Below, piece after piece: positions 27,252 to 36,047 of a stretch of DNA of 64,000 nt. This stretch comes from an archaeon (GTDB lineage: Archaea > Nanobdellota > Nanobdellia > Woesearchaeales > GW2011-AR9). Within the stretch, counting starts at the first letter, position 1; every line of letters starts with the position of its first letter. The notes beneath the pieces were generated by a model. The model was given only the letters and a program-made list of their open reading frames with translations, made no database searches and had not been told where the DNA came from. Location of the stretch: contig NZCK01000014.1 in the NCBI GenBank assembly GCA_002688265.1, forward strand, positions 560 through 64,559. Reading direction: 5' to 3'. Both the position numbers and the translations under genes were made by a program.

Positions 27252-27671
27252 TTATTTTTTAGTTAGCTTTTCACTTGCTGCGTTTGTTCCTGTTCTTGCC
27301 AAAACTAATTTTCTTTTAGCATCAGACAAGTCTACAAGTTCAATTCTTAAGTTTGAAGGGTTTACTGGATAAGGTGTCATTGAAGCGTCTTGTTTTCGAA
27401 GTTCTACGCCTGCCACATATGCTTTTCCTCTTTTAAGGTCAATTCGTTCAACTTTCCCTTCGTGTTTTCTAAATTGGCCTCGCATAACTCTAACGGTGTC
27501 TCCTTTCCGTAATTGGATTGCTCTTCTTCCATATTTGCTTCGAAGAGTTTTACTTAAAGGACTATGCATCAAGTTTTGTCTCACATGCAACTTAGCTTTG
27601 GAAAGTGCTAATCGCTGTTTACGTCCTTGACTACTGGTTCCAGTTTTTGTTTTTTTGCTTGTTTCTGCCAT
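27252..27671 (-). CDS. rpl24: ribosomal protein uL24
   Basis: KOW motif LRKGDTVRVMRGQFRKHEGKV and operon position. Confidence 0.9.
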   Translation of the reverse strand: MAETSKKTKTGTSSQGRKQRLALSKAKLHVRQNLMHSPLSKTLRSKYGRRAIQLRKGDTVRVMRGQFRKHEGKVERIDLKRGKAYVAGVELRKQDASMTPYPVNPSNLRIELVDLSDAKRKLVLARTGTNAASEKLTKK

Positions 27672-27721
27672 TTTTTAATTTTAAATGATTCTCATTATTC
27701 TATTGTCCTATCAAACAACCT

Positions 27722-28123
27722 TCATAACACAGTCTTTGCAACCTTCGCTACTGCTGGCCACCTTTCAGCCACTTCTTTTGAAATTGGCCCTTTAAAGATT
27801 GTTCCTTTTGGGTTTCCTTTTTCATCTTTTAATACAATTGCTGCGTTATCTTCAAATTTAATTCTAATTCCGCTTGGTCGTCTAAATTCTTTTCTCTGCC
27901 TTACTAGCACACATGGAACTACAGTTTTACGCATGTCTAACTTCCCTTTTTTAACAGAAGCCAAAAACATTCCAGCCACACCAGTTGCAGGAATTCTTCC
28001 CTTCACTGTTTTGTGTCCTTTAACAGAAACTAGTTTGAGGATTTTTGCTCCAGAGTTATCACAGCTAGCAATTTTTGCTTGTGATGGGATCGCCCGAACA
28101 ACTTTTCCTTTTACTGCTTTCAT
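27722..28123 (-). CDS. rpl14: ribosomal protein uL14
   Basis: CDNSGAKILKLVSV signature. Confidence 0.93.
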   Translation of the reverse strand: MKAVKGKVVRAIPSQAKIASCDNSGAKILKLVSVKGHKTVKGRIPATGVAGMFLASVKKGKLDMRKTVVPCVLVRQRKEFRRPSGIRIKFEDNAAIVLKDEKGNPKGTIFKGPISKEVAERWPAVAKVAKTVL

Positions 28124-28134
28124 TTGTATTTCCT

Positions 28135-28494
28135 CTACTTCTTCTCTACACTTGATTCAGATTCAAGCACATTAATTATTACGTGATGTTTTGTTTTACT
28201 TATTGGCCTGGTTCTTGCAACCAATACTTTTTCGCCTACTTTTGCATTGATACTTGCCGGATTATGAACTCTGACTCTGCTTTTTCTATATTGGAACCTT
28301 TCATATTTAGGAACAAATTTAGATCTAACCCATTCTATTGTTGCTGTGCCGTTGGCATCTTTCTTGATAATTGTTCCAACTAGGTTTGCTTTTTTAACAT
28401 TTAGCTTTCCATAAAATGGACAGTTTTTATCACTAGCTGTAGCTGATTTGGCTTTTTTTGCCGGTGCTGGTACTCCAAGTATTGTTTTTGCCAT
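28135..28494 (-). CDS. rps17: ribosomal protein uS17
   Basis: OB-fold S17 pattern (VRVHNPASINAKVGEKVLVARTRPISKTK). Confidence 0.9.
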   Translation of the reverse strand: MAKTILGVPAPAKKAKSATASDKNCPFYGKLNVKKANLVGTIIKKDANGTATIEWVRSKFVPKYERFQYRKSRVRVHNPASINAKVGEKVLVARTRPISKTKHHVIINVLESESSVEKK

Positions 28495-28549
28495 ATTCTT
28501 TTGCTTCCTTATTTTTTTAATTGTAATTTTTCTAAATTTTTTTCATCAA

Positions 28550-28813
28550 TCATCCTTTTATTCTGTCCCAAGGCCTGCCAAAAATGGCTTTTCCCATAAG
28601 TTCATTTTCATAATTTTGATTTTGAACTTTTAAACGAATAATTGCCGTTTTTAGGATTTTTACTTCCTTCCCTTCTTGTATTTTTACATACAATAAGCTA
28701 CGACTTTCATCGATGATTTTTCCTTCCAATCCCACAAGATTTTTGCTTGTGGAATCTAATATTTCAAGTTGACTTCCAATCAACTCATGAGGATGAACTG
28801 TGATTTTTATCAC
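28550..28813 (-). CDS. rnp1: RNase P protein component 1 (Rpp29/Pop4)
   Basis: LVGLEGKIIDESRSLLYV pattern. Canonical archaeal slot between SUI1/L29 and S17. 4-nt overlap with the upstream gene. Confidence 0.8.
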   Translation of the reverse strand: MIKITVHPHELIGSQLEILDSTSKNLVGLEGKIIDESRSLLYVKIQEGKEVKILKTAIIRLKVQNQNYENELMGKAIFGRPWDRIKG

Positions 28814-29115
28814 CTAATCTCTATTGATTCTTGGGCGAACCCTAACTCCATTAAAGCGTCTTTAATACGAGACAAATGGTCTCCCTGTAATTCAACTTGC
28901 CCGTTTTTGCTACTTCCTCCGCAGGCAAATTTAGATTTCAGTTTTTTCCCGATATCATTTAATGATATCTCCGGACCGAAACCTTTAACGATTGTGTATT
29001 TTTTTCCAAACTTTCTTTTTTCAATGGATGCAGTTATTTTTTGATTTTCTAGACTGATATTCTCCCATACGCCCAGCTCTTTTGGTAAACCAGTAATCGG
29101 ATCTATCTCAACCAT
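28810..29115 (-). CDS. sui1: translation initiation factor SUI1/aIF1
   Basis: KRKFGKKYTIVKGF...KLKSKFACGGSSKNGQVELQGDH is the SUI1 signature. Confidence 0.88.
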   Translation of the reverse strand: MVEIDPITGLPKELGVWENISLENQKITASIEKRKFGKKYTIVKGFGPEISLNDIGKKLKSKFACGGSSKNGQVELQGDHLSRIKDALMELGFAQESIEIR

Positions 29116-29117
29116 AT

Positions 29118-29381
29118 TTATTGTTCTCCACCTTCAGTTTGTATTGAGGTTTTTTGCATTTTCTTGTTTTTTTTCTTAAATGATTTTGACTTTGTATCAT
29201 TCATTGATATCAAAGTTAAAACTCTTGCTATTTGTCTTCTTAAAACGCTAAGTGATGCTGGTTTTTCTAAAGATCCTGTGCTTTTTTGTGCTCTAAGTGC
29301 AAACTGTTCTTTTCTCAATTCTTTGAGTTTTGAATCTAACTCTGACCGGTCAAGTTCTTTTAATGTTTGCATAGCTTTCAT
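29118..29381 (-). CDS. rpl29: ribosomal protein uL29
   Basis: LKELDRSELDSKLKELRKEQFALRAQ signature. The track start at 29453 is TTG inside the S3 tail. The in-frame ATG at 29381 (MKAMQTLKEL) is preferred. Confidence 0.85.
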   Translation of the reverse strand: MKAMQTLKELDRSELDSKLKELRKEQFALRAQKSTGSLEKPASLSVLRRQIARVLTLISMNDTKSKSFKKKNKKMQKTSIQTEGGEQ

Positions 29382-29397
29382 GATTATCACAATAATA

Positions 29398-30420
29398 TTA
29401 TTCTTTCTTTTCAGTAGGTTCTTCTGATTTTGTTGATTCTGTAGACTCTGCAATTTTTTCTTCTGCAGGAACTGCTTCTGTTGTTTTAGTTTGTTCTTTT
29501 ACTTCAACAGTTTCAGCTTTTTTTGATTCTTCCTTTGTAACTTCTTCCTTAGCTTCTTCCTTAACTTCTTTTATCTCTTTTTTTGTTTCTTCCACAACAG
29601 TTTCTGCTTTTGTTTCAGTTTCAGCTGTAACTTTTTCTTTAACTGGTTCTGGAGCTACTTTTTCTCCATCTCCTTTTTCAACAACTTCTGTTTTCTTCTT
29701 TTCAACTTTTTTCTTAGTTGTTTTTTTCTTAGTGCTTTTCTTCTTAGTAGCTTTCTTTTTTGATCCTGATTTTTTGTCTTTTTTCTCTTCAGCTGTTGCT
29801 TCTTCTTCAATTACAACTTCTGCTTCATCTAAAATTTCAACAGTGTCTGGTAAAACAACATCTTTTGGCATAATTCTAACTTGAATTCCTACAACACCAC
29901 TTTTTAATTGTGCTGCAGCGTAAGCTTTCAATACTCCTGAAACTGAAATATCTCCGCATTTCTTCAAATAACCCATGTAAAATCTCCAACTCTTTGCTCG
30001 AGACCCAGGGATCTTTCCAGAGATTTTTATTTCTACACCTAAAGCCCCTGCACCCATTACATCACTTAGTACTTTATGTCCGGTTCCTTTAAACCTAGCA
30101 CTTCCGTAACGCTCTAATGTGGATGCAATTCTTTGTGCAACAACCTCAGCATCTAAATTAGCGTCTGGTACTTCTTTGATTTCTACTTGAGGATTTTCCA
30201 ATCCAAAAACAGTTTTTAGATCTTGAGTTAATTTTCTAATGTTTGATCCTTTACTTCCTACAACCAGACTTGGTCGGTTTGTGGTTACAACTATTTTTTC
30301 ACCAAGAGGAATCTTTTTTAGGTTTACTTCTGAAATTTCAGCACCTTTCAACATACTACTGATATGGTTTTTGATATAGTATTCTTTGGTTTTTTGTGAA
30401 ATAAAATCTCTTTCAATCAT
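29398..30420 (-). CDS. rps3: ribosomal protein uS3 with about 130-aa K/E/T-rich C-terminal tail
   Basis: KH-domain N-terminus and S3 core to about aa 205, then low-complexity KKK/EEK/TET sequence. Confidence 0.92.
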   Translation of the reverse strand: MIERDFISQKTKEYYIKNHISSMLKGAEISEVNLKKIPLGEKIVVTTNRPSLVVGSKGSNIRKLTQDLKTVFGLENPQVEIKEVPDANLDAEVVAQRIASTLERYGSARFKGTGHKVLSDVMGAGALGVEIKISGKIPGSRAKSWRFYMGYLKKCGDISVSGVLKAYAAAQLKSGVVGIQVRIMPKDVVLPDTVEILDEAEVVIEEEATAEEKKDKKSGSKKKATKKKSTKKKTTKKKVEKKKTEVVEKGDGEKVAPEPVKEKVTAETETKAETVVEETKKEIKEVKEEAKEEVTKEESKKAETVEVKEQTKTTEAVPAEEKIAESTESTKSEEPTEKKE

Positions 30421-31076
30421 TGTGCTTCACCTTTTGTAGTATCTTGATTTGGAGTTGTTTTTTGAGTTGGATTTTCTGTCTTCTGTTCTGTAACTGGTTT
30501 TGCAGGTTCCGTTTTCTCAACTTCAACTGGCTTCTCTTCTACTTTCTCAACAGATTTTTCTTCAACTTTTTCAACCTTTTTTACTGGTTTTTCAGCTGGC
30601 TTTGCTTTAGCAGGTGCAGACTTCTTGGTTTTTCCCTTCTCTTTTTTAGCAAGTTCAGCAACTTTAATTTCTAAATGTGTCCTTTTGGTAGCGCCTTTAG
30701 TTCTGCCACCAGTCATTGGAATAGATGCTTTATTAGCAAGTAAATGTACAATTTTCAATGAACTCGGATCCAATCCAATATCTTCTGCATTTTTCTCAGC
30801 ACTTTTAACTAATGCCAAAAAAGATTTTGCTGCTTTAACAGGGAATCTTCCACTCGCCATTCCTTTTTTGTGCCCTATATCTCTAACAAACCTTTTGAAA
30901 GGAACAGGTTCTGATAAAGTGATTACTTTTTCCAAAAAAGTTTTAGCAGCAGTACTTGATTTGAATCTTAAATGCCTGGAAATCTCAATGGAATGTTTTG
31001 TTGAAATTGGAAGACTTCGCATCTGGGCCGTAGCTAAATGTGTCCCCTCTGTTCCATTTTTTTGTTCTACTGCCAT
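30417..31076 (-). CDS. rpl22: ribosomal protein uL22 with K/P/E-rich C-terminal tail
   Basis: AQMRSLPISTKHSIEISRHLR signature. 4-nt overlap with S3. Confidence 0.9.
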   Translation of the reverse strand: MAVEQKNGTEGTHLATAQMRSLPISTKHSIEISRHLRFKSSTAAKTFLEKVITLSEPVPFKRFVRDIGHKKGMASGRFPVKAAKSFLALVKSAEKNAEDIGLDPSSLKIVHLLANKASIPMTGGRTKGATKRTHLEIKVAELAKKEKGKTKKSAPAKAKPAEKPVKKVEKVEEKSVEKVEEKPVEVEKTEPAKPVTEQKTENPTQKTTPNQDTTKGEAQ

Positions 31077-31126
31077 TGTTTTTTCCTTTTCATAAATTTT
31101 ATTTTTTATCTTTTATCAACCAATCT

Positions 31127-31507
31127 TTATCTCGCAGTTACAGCCTTACTACTTCGAGTAGATCCAACTCCTGCACCACTGTGACTAACTAATTTTCTGC
31201 TTGAAGCAAATTCCCCAAGTAAATGACCTAACATTTCTACATTAACAATTACTTGTGCAAAATCTTTGCCTGTAAAAACCTTGAAAGTTTTTCCAAGCAT
31301 CTCTGGAATAATTATGATATTTCTCCTATGTGTTCGAATATTATTTTTTCCACTTCGTAACTTCTTGAAGAATCGCTCTTGCATAGGGTGAGGCCCTCTT
31401 TTAATGCTTCTACGTCTTCGTGCAGGAAGCAGAGTTACAAATTCTTCAAAGCTAAGAGCCTTAACTTGTTCTTCAGTAAGTCCGTTCCATTTGAGTTCTT
31501 TTGCCAT
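31127..31507 (-). CDS. rps19: ribosomal protein uS19
   Basis: THRRNIIIIPEMLGKTFKVFTGKDF signature. Confidence 0.92.
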   Translation of the reverse strand: MAKELKWNGLTEEQVKALSFEEFVTLLPARRRRSIKRGPHPMQERFFKKLRSGKNNIRTHRRNIIIIPEMLGKTFKVFTGKDFAQVIVNVEMLGHLLGEFASSRKLVSHSGAGVGSTRSSKAVTAR

Positions 31508-31533
31508 TTTATTTATTTACCTTTAATATGATT

Positions 31534-32244
31534 TTATCTTTTTCTTCCAACCCTTCTAGGTGCGATCTTTCCTACTTTTCGTCCAGGTGGCGCTGATCTT
31601 GGTGATTGAGTTGGTCGTCCTTTACTATGTGAACACCCACCTCCAAATGGATGGTCTACTGCATTCATTGAAATTCCACAAACTCTTGGATATAGTTTAT
31701 TACGTGCTCGCATTCGGTGATAATTAGTTCCTGCCTTAAGCATTGGCTTATCAACACGTCCTGCTCCAGATACAACACCAATAGATGCCCTGCAGTGTCC
31801 TAAAAATAATTTTTCTTTCTTACTAGGGAGTTTAACTTTTACGCCCTTAGGAGTATGGGCAACAACTCTTGCAAATGATCCTGATCCTCGAACAAATTTT
31901 CCGCCATCTCCTGGCCTTCCTTCGATGTTATGAACAAATGTTCCTTCTGGCACATCTTTTAATAATAATGTATTACCTGTGTTAAGTTCTTCTCCACCAA
32001 CTTTTAATGAATCTCCTACTCTAATTCCAGCTGGCGCAAATGCTAAATTTACATCTCCACTATCATATTCAACTGCCATTAATGGTGCACTATGTCCTGC
32101 ACAATGCAAAATGTCAAGCACCATTCCTTCGGTTGCAGGAGCAGCATTAGACAAATGTTTTACTGCACCTTTAAAGCGATGACTAGGACTACGATACCTA
32201 GGAGTTCCTCTTCCCCTTCGTTGTTGAATTAGTCGTTTTCCCAT
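31534..32244 (-). CDS. rpl2: ribosomal protein uL2
   Basis: MNAVDHPFGGG...GRPTQ signature. Confidence 0.95.
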   Translation of the reverse strand: MGKRLIQQRRGRGTPRYRSPSHRFKGAVKHLSNAAPATEGMVLDILHCAGHSAPLMAVEYDSGDVNLAFAPAGIRVGDSLKVGGEELNTGNTLLLKDVPEGTFVHNIEGRPGDGGKFVRGSGSFARVVAHTPKGVKVKLPSKKEKLFLGHCRASIGVVSGAGRVDKPMLKAGTNYHRMRARNKLYPRVCGISMNAVDHPFGGGCSHSKGRPTQSPRSAPPGRKVGKIAPRRVGRKR

Positions 32245-32282
32245 TTTTCTATCTCATTATTATTGTAATACATTATAGTAGC

Positions 32283-32579
32283 TTATATGAATCCTAAATC
32301 TGCACTAACGTCTGCTGCCAAGTGGCCTGGAGCTAATCTAACGTATGCTTTTTTTCTTCCATCTACTGAATTTTGAATATTTACTCTGCTTACTTTAACT
32401 TTGAATTCATTTTCAACTGCTTTTTTTACATCTTGTTTGTTTGCTTTATTTGTTACAACAAAACAAAGCACGTTATCAGCTTCAATTTGACGAATACATT
32501 TCTCTGTAGCCAGTGGTGCAATTAAGATTGTTCGGTCCTTCTCGCTTTCAATTTTCCGAGTCTTGTGTTCGTATCTCAT
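32283..32579 (-). CDS. rpl23: ribosomal protein uL23
   Basis: LIAPLATEKCIRQIEADNVLCFVV signature. The ATG at 32579 lies 10 nt after the L4 stop. The longer track start at 32624 would overlap L4. Confidence 0.88.
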   Translation of the reverse strand: MRYEHKTRKIESEKDRTILIAPLATEKCIRQIEADNVLCFVVTNKANKQDVKKAVENEFKVKVSRVNIQNSVDGRKKAYVRLAPGHLAADVSADLGFI

Positions 32580-32589
32580 GATATATTTC

Positions 32590-33402
32590 CTACATAAACA
32601 AATTATTTTCAGCCACTTTTTCAACCGCGGCTTTGGTCCAAAGAGTTAATCGTCCAGCATCAGCACCTGGTGCCAATAATTCAGTATTAATTGCATGACA
32701 TTCCACTATGTCAACTCCAGCCACATTAGCTGCACTTTTAATTAAAGGACATGTCTTTGAAACTACAATTAATGGCCCTTTTGCTTTTTTGTATTTTCGA
32801 CCCCGAGATTTTCCTCGCCCAGGCCTAACATTTTTAGCACTGGCTCGAGTTAGTTCATCTTTTAAACCTAAAGCACCTAATGCTTTTTGTAAGTCTGATG
32901 TTTTTGAAAGATCTTCAAATGATGTATCAAGTGCGAATGGAAATCCAGATGGTGCCACATGGCCTCTTTCTGAAACAAGTCTAGCATTAATTCCTGCTGC
33001 CATAGCAGAACGAATTGCTTTACGATTTTCTTTAGCATTAATTTTTTGTTCGAAATTCTTCGCAGCTTTTGGTGCATGTGCTCTTCGTCCGCCTTTAGTT
33101 TGAGGTGAAAATGCTCCTACCCAAAAAAACCTGGTCCCACGACGCGTATGAATTTTTCGATTTACTCTACTAATTCCAAATCCGTAACACCCTCGATATT
33201 TTCGACGACGTTTACTTAATTTTGAAGAGTGACGCATTCCTGCTTTTGGATCACTTCCATAAGCTTGCCTTGCACGGGACTGTAAGGATAATACACTTCG
33301 ACCAATCAAATCAGACCGAATTGCTTCGCTAAATTGAACTGGCAACTCAGTTTCACCAATTTTCTTTGCGTTCGCGTCCAATACTTGAATTTTTTCTGCC
33401 AT
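32590..33402 (-). CDS. rpl4: ribosomal protein uL4
   Basis: Archaeal L4/L1e pattern and operon position. Confidence 0.92.
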   Translation of the reverse strand: MAEKIQVLDANAKKIGETELPVQFSEAIRSDLIGRSVLSLQSRARQAYGSDPKAGMRHSSKLSKRRRKYRGCYGFGISRVNRKIHTRRGTRFFWVGAFSPQTKGGRRAHAPKAAKNFEQKINAKENRKAIRSAMAAGINARLVSERGHVAPSGFPFALDTSFEDLSKTSDLQKALGALGLKDELTRASAKNVRPGRGKSRGRKYKKAKGPLIVVSKTCPLIKSAANVAGVDIVECHAINTELLAPGADAGRLTLWTKAAVEKVAENNLFM

Positions 33403-33448
33403 TTTTTTTTTCTTAACTTATTTTTAACTTGTCTTTAATCATTAACAT

Positions 33449-34462
33449 TTATCTTGATTCATTGTATGCTTTTCGTGAAATGTAACTTACCTCTGGAACT
33501 CCCTTGAAGGCTTTGTTTTTGTAAGAATTACTTCTAATTGCTGAAGTCAATAGAACTGCTTTTTTACGAGGACCAGCAATTGATCCACGAATTAACATAT
33601 AATTATTTTTTAATAAACCATATTGATGTAATCCTCTCTTAGGATTAATCTCACTAACTTCTTCAGCATTGCCGAGCTTAATGATTTGTTTATTATACTC
33701 ACTTCTTGAATGATAACCCATTTTTCCTGGTTGAGGGATTCTATAACCTACTCGTTTTGGAGTCCATGCCCCCATTGCAGCTACTCCTCTTACCACTTTT
33801 TCGGATTTATGTAATGTGGTTCTAACACCATATCTTTTTACGCTTCCTTGGAAGCCTTTTCCTTTAGTTACTGCTCTAATATCAATAACTTCACCTGTTT
33901 TGAATACATCTGATGCTGCAATTTCTTTTCCTAAATTTTCTTTAAGGTAATTAAGTGCATCATCTTTTGATCCACCAATATCTAATTCAATAACTTGTGG
34001 TTTTTTAGCTCCAACAGTTGTTTCTCCTGGTCTTGAACAAGTAATTAATCGCACATGATCAAAATCGGTGACATTTTCTAATTTTTTTGTTGATTTTTTT
34101 GCAAGAGGAATTCTAAGTGACGCAACTTTTCTCCAATCTTTTGGTATTTCTGTTGCAAATACATCTGTGATCTTTTTCATTTTCCCACGAGAATCTTTAG
34201 AATAAAATGCTGCTCCTAAAGCAAACATTTGTGGGCATTCTACAATTGTAACTGGAACTTGAATTTTTTCACCTGAAGTTGTTGATTTTCCTCTGCTATC
34301 AATCATCATAAGGTGAGTCATTCCTGCCTTGTATCCGATAAATCCCAATGGTTTAGCATCTTTGCTATTGGCCCAACTTCTAACTCTAACAAAACTATGT
34401 CTAGAGCGTTTTCGTGGCCAGAATTGCCAACTTCCGTGTCTTGGACTGTGTGCTTTTCCCAT
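33449..34462 (-). CDS. rpl3: ribosomal protein uL3
   Basis: PRHGSWQFWPRKR...GYKAGMTH signature. First gene of the operon. Confidence 0.95.
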   Translation of the reverse strand: MGKAHSPRHGSWQFWPRKRSRHSFVRVRSWANSKDAKPLGFIGYKAGMTHLMMIDSRGKSTTSGEKIQVPVTIVECPQMFALGAAFYSKDSRGKMKKITDVFATEIPKDWRKVASLRIPLAKKSTKKLENVTDFDHVRLITCSRPGETTVGAKKPQVIELDIGGSKDDALNYLKENLGKEIAASDVFKTGEVIDIRAVTKGKGFQGSVKRYGVRTTLHKSEKVVRGVAAMGAWTPKRVGYRIPQPGKMGYHSRSEYNKQIIKLGNAEEVSEINPKRGLHQYGLLKNNYMLIRGSIAGPRKKAVLLTSAIRSNSYKNKAFKGVPEVSYISRKAYNESR

Positions 34463-34660
34463 TTTTAACTATTATTTTTCTGATATTTTCTTATATCTTT
34501 TTTATTCAAGCCAAACAAACAACCATTATCTGATTTACTTCATTAAAACGCATTGTTTTTGAAGCAAACCTTTGCGGGCCAACTGTCCTTATCCCATATT
34601 TCGCCTTGATACGAGGTATATGAGTAAGCGCTGCTTGAATACCTGATTGCCAGGTAGGTT

Positions 34661-34670
34661 ATTTATAAAG
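34661..34670 (-). promoter_or_regulatory. TATA box upstream of a long leader of the r-protein operon
   Basis: The minus strand reads CTTTATAAAT, about 200 nt upstream of the L3 ATG. The same TTTATAAAT core is seen at 61924-61933. Confidence 0.4.
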
Positions 34671-34701
34671 TTATCGGTAAAATACCACCGTCCCTAGGTG
34701 T

Positions 34702-35595
34702 TTAGTATCTACCAACAGATTGTCCTTGATACTTCAGAGCCATATCTACAACACCTTTTCCTTTTCTCTCCCTAGGAACTAAATGAGCTATTACTCCTGG
34801 TCTTTGATTAACATCTTCTAAATAATTAAAACCTAAATTATCATTCCTAAGTATTGGTGCGATTCTCTCACAAGCCTCCTGCCTAAGATCAAAAAATTTC
34901 TTTAAATCACCAGAATCCAATTCAGACAGGTATTTAGCACTTAATTTTAATTCCAACTTCATATGTCCAGGAACTACTTGCATCCCACTCAGATATGCCT
35001 CTGCCACATCATTTTTAGCTATTGTTTCTCCTCTCCCACTATAACTTAATTCTGGATGATATCCCTCACTAAGTGCCAACATACCAAAATAACGCATTAA
35101 CATTTCTTCAACATTTTGCCCAGGCCTTGTTACAGGAAAAATATGCCCGTGTGCATGCATTACAGATTGTCCTGCAGCATCTCCTATATTTTCTCCATAA
35201 ATAAAAGAAGCATATGTTCTTTGTCTGGGACTAAAACTTCCTAATACTTGTCTTGCAAGTTCTCCAGCAAAAGGAAATGGAGGATTATCTTTAAGATCAC
35301 GGTAAAAATTAGTTAATTCCAAAGAATCTCCTCGAAGCGCCCTTATTACTCTTCTCTGAGTTGCAACTCTTGCTTCAATAAATCCTTTTAATTCAGCTTC
35401 TTTTAATTCTTCAATTCTCTCTACATGTCTTTTAGAAATAAGAAGGGCGTGCCCTACTGTTGCGGGAGTTACACACCAGATTGAGTAGGCATTTTCATCT
35501 TCATCATTACCATCATCTTCGCTTTTATCACTAGCCAAGATTTTTCCTTGTTCTCGCCAAGTACCATACAACTTGCAAAATATGTCATCTCCCAT
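34702..35595 (-). CDS. tandem-HIT protein (active N-terminal HIT domain plus degenerate second HIT-like domain)
   Basis: The first half has GHALLISKRH and the histidine triad HAHGHIFP. The second half repeats the fold pattern (PGHMKLELK...VIAHLVPRE) but keeps only one His. Confidence 0.7.
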   Translation of the reverse strand: MGDDIFCKLYGTWREQGKILASDKSEDDGNDEDENAYSIWCVTPATVGHALLISKRHVERIEELKEAELKGFIEARVATQRRVIRALRGDSLELTNFYRDLKDNPPFPFAGELARQVLGSFSPRQRTYASFIYGENIGDAAGQSVMHAHGHIFPVTRPGQNVEEMLMRYFGMLALSEGYHPELSYSGRGETIAKNDVAEAYLSGMQVVPGHMKLELKLSAKYLSELDSGDLKKFFDLRQEACERIAPILRNDNLGFNYLEDVNQRPGVIAHLVPRERKGKGVVDMALKYQGQSVGRY

Positions 35596-35680
35596 TAAAT
35601 GAATTTTTTAAGATTAGATTTAAATAAATTTCTATTTTAAAAAAAAAAAACTATTACATACAAAAATTAAAATTTGCCAT

Positions 35681-35944
35681 TCACTCTTTCTCAAATCCTT
35701 TTGGAAAATTACTTTCTACTTCTTTTGATTGCTTTTCAAAGAAGTTTCTTGGATCAAATCCATCTAATTTCACTGAAACCCATTTTCTTTTTCCACAACC
35801 ACATTTCTTAATAGAATATTGTTGATCTGCTTCAAAATGACACTCCCAACCATCTTTTCCTTCCAAATTTATATGACAATAGTCACAAGAAATCTCTAAA
35901 ATTTTTGGCAAAGCAGCCTCAGTTATACCCATATGTAATTTCAA
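35681..35944 (-). CDS. small Cys/His-rich protein (putative zinc-binding)
   Basis: 87 aa with CDYCH, C-H and CGCG clusters. No family recognised. Confidence 0.45.
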   Translation of the reverse strand: MKLHMGITEAALPKILEISCDYCHINLEGKDGWECHFEADQQYSIKKCGCGKRKWVSVKLDGFDPRNFFEKQSKEVESNFPKGFEKE

Positions 35945-36047
35945 TATACTTAGATAAAAGTTTATATAGTTTACGAAACGCTAGTAAGTAAACTCCCAAA
36001 ACAAAAAGTTGAGGGTAGTTTACGAAATCAAACTCTTGAAGAAGGAA

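Noticed and set aside
20362-33103. Many plus-strand track ORFs inside the r-protein operon, for example 20362-20667, 26119-26499, 27627-28175, 28769-29044, 30420-30674, 30625-31095 and 32708-33103.
   Set aside because: Each lies antisense to a minus-strand gene with an unmistakable ribosomal-protein or SecY signature. Their translations are low-complexity mirror images (Phe/Leu/Ser-rich) of K/E-rich coding sequence. None has a motif or an independent start context.
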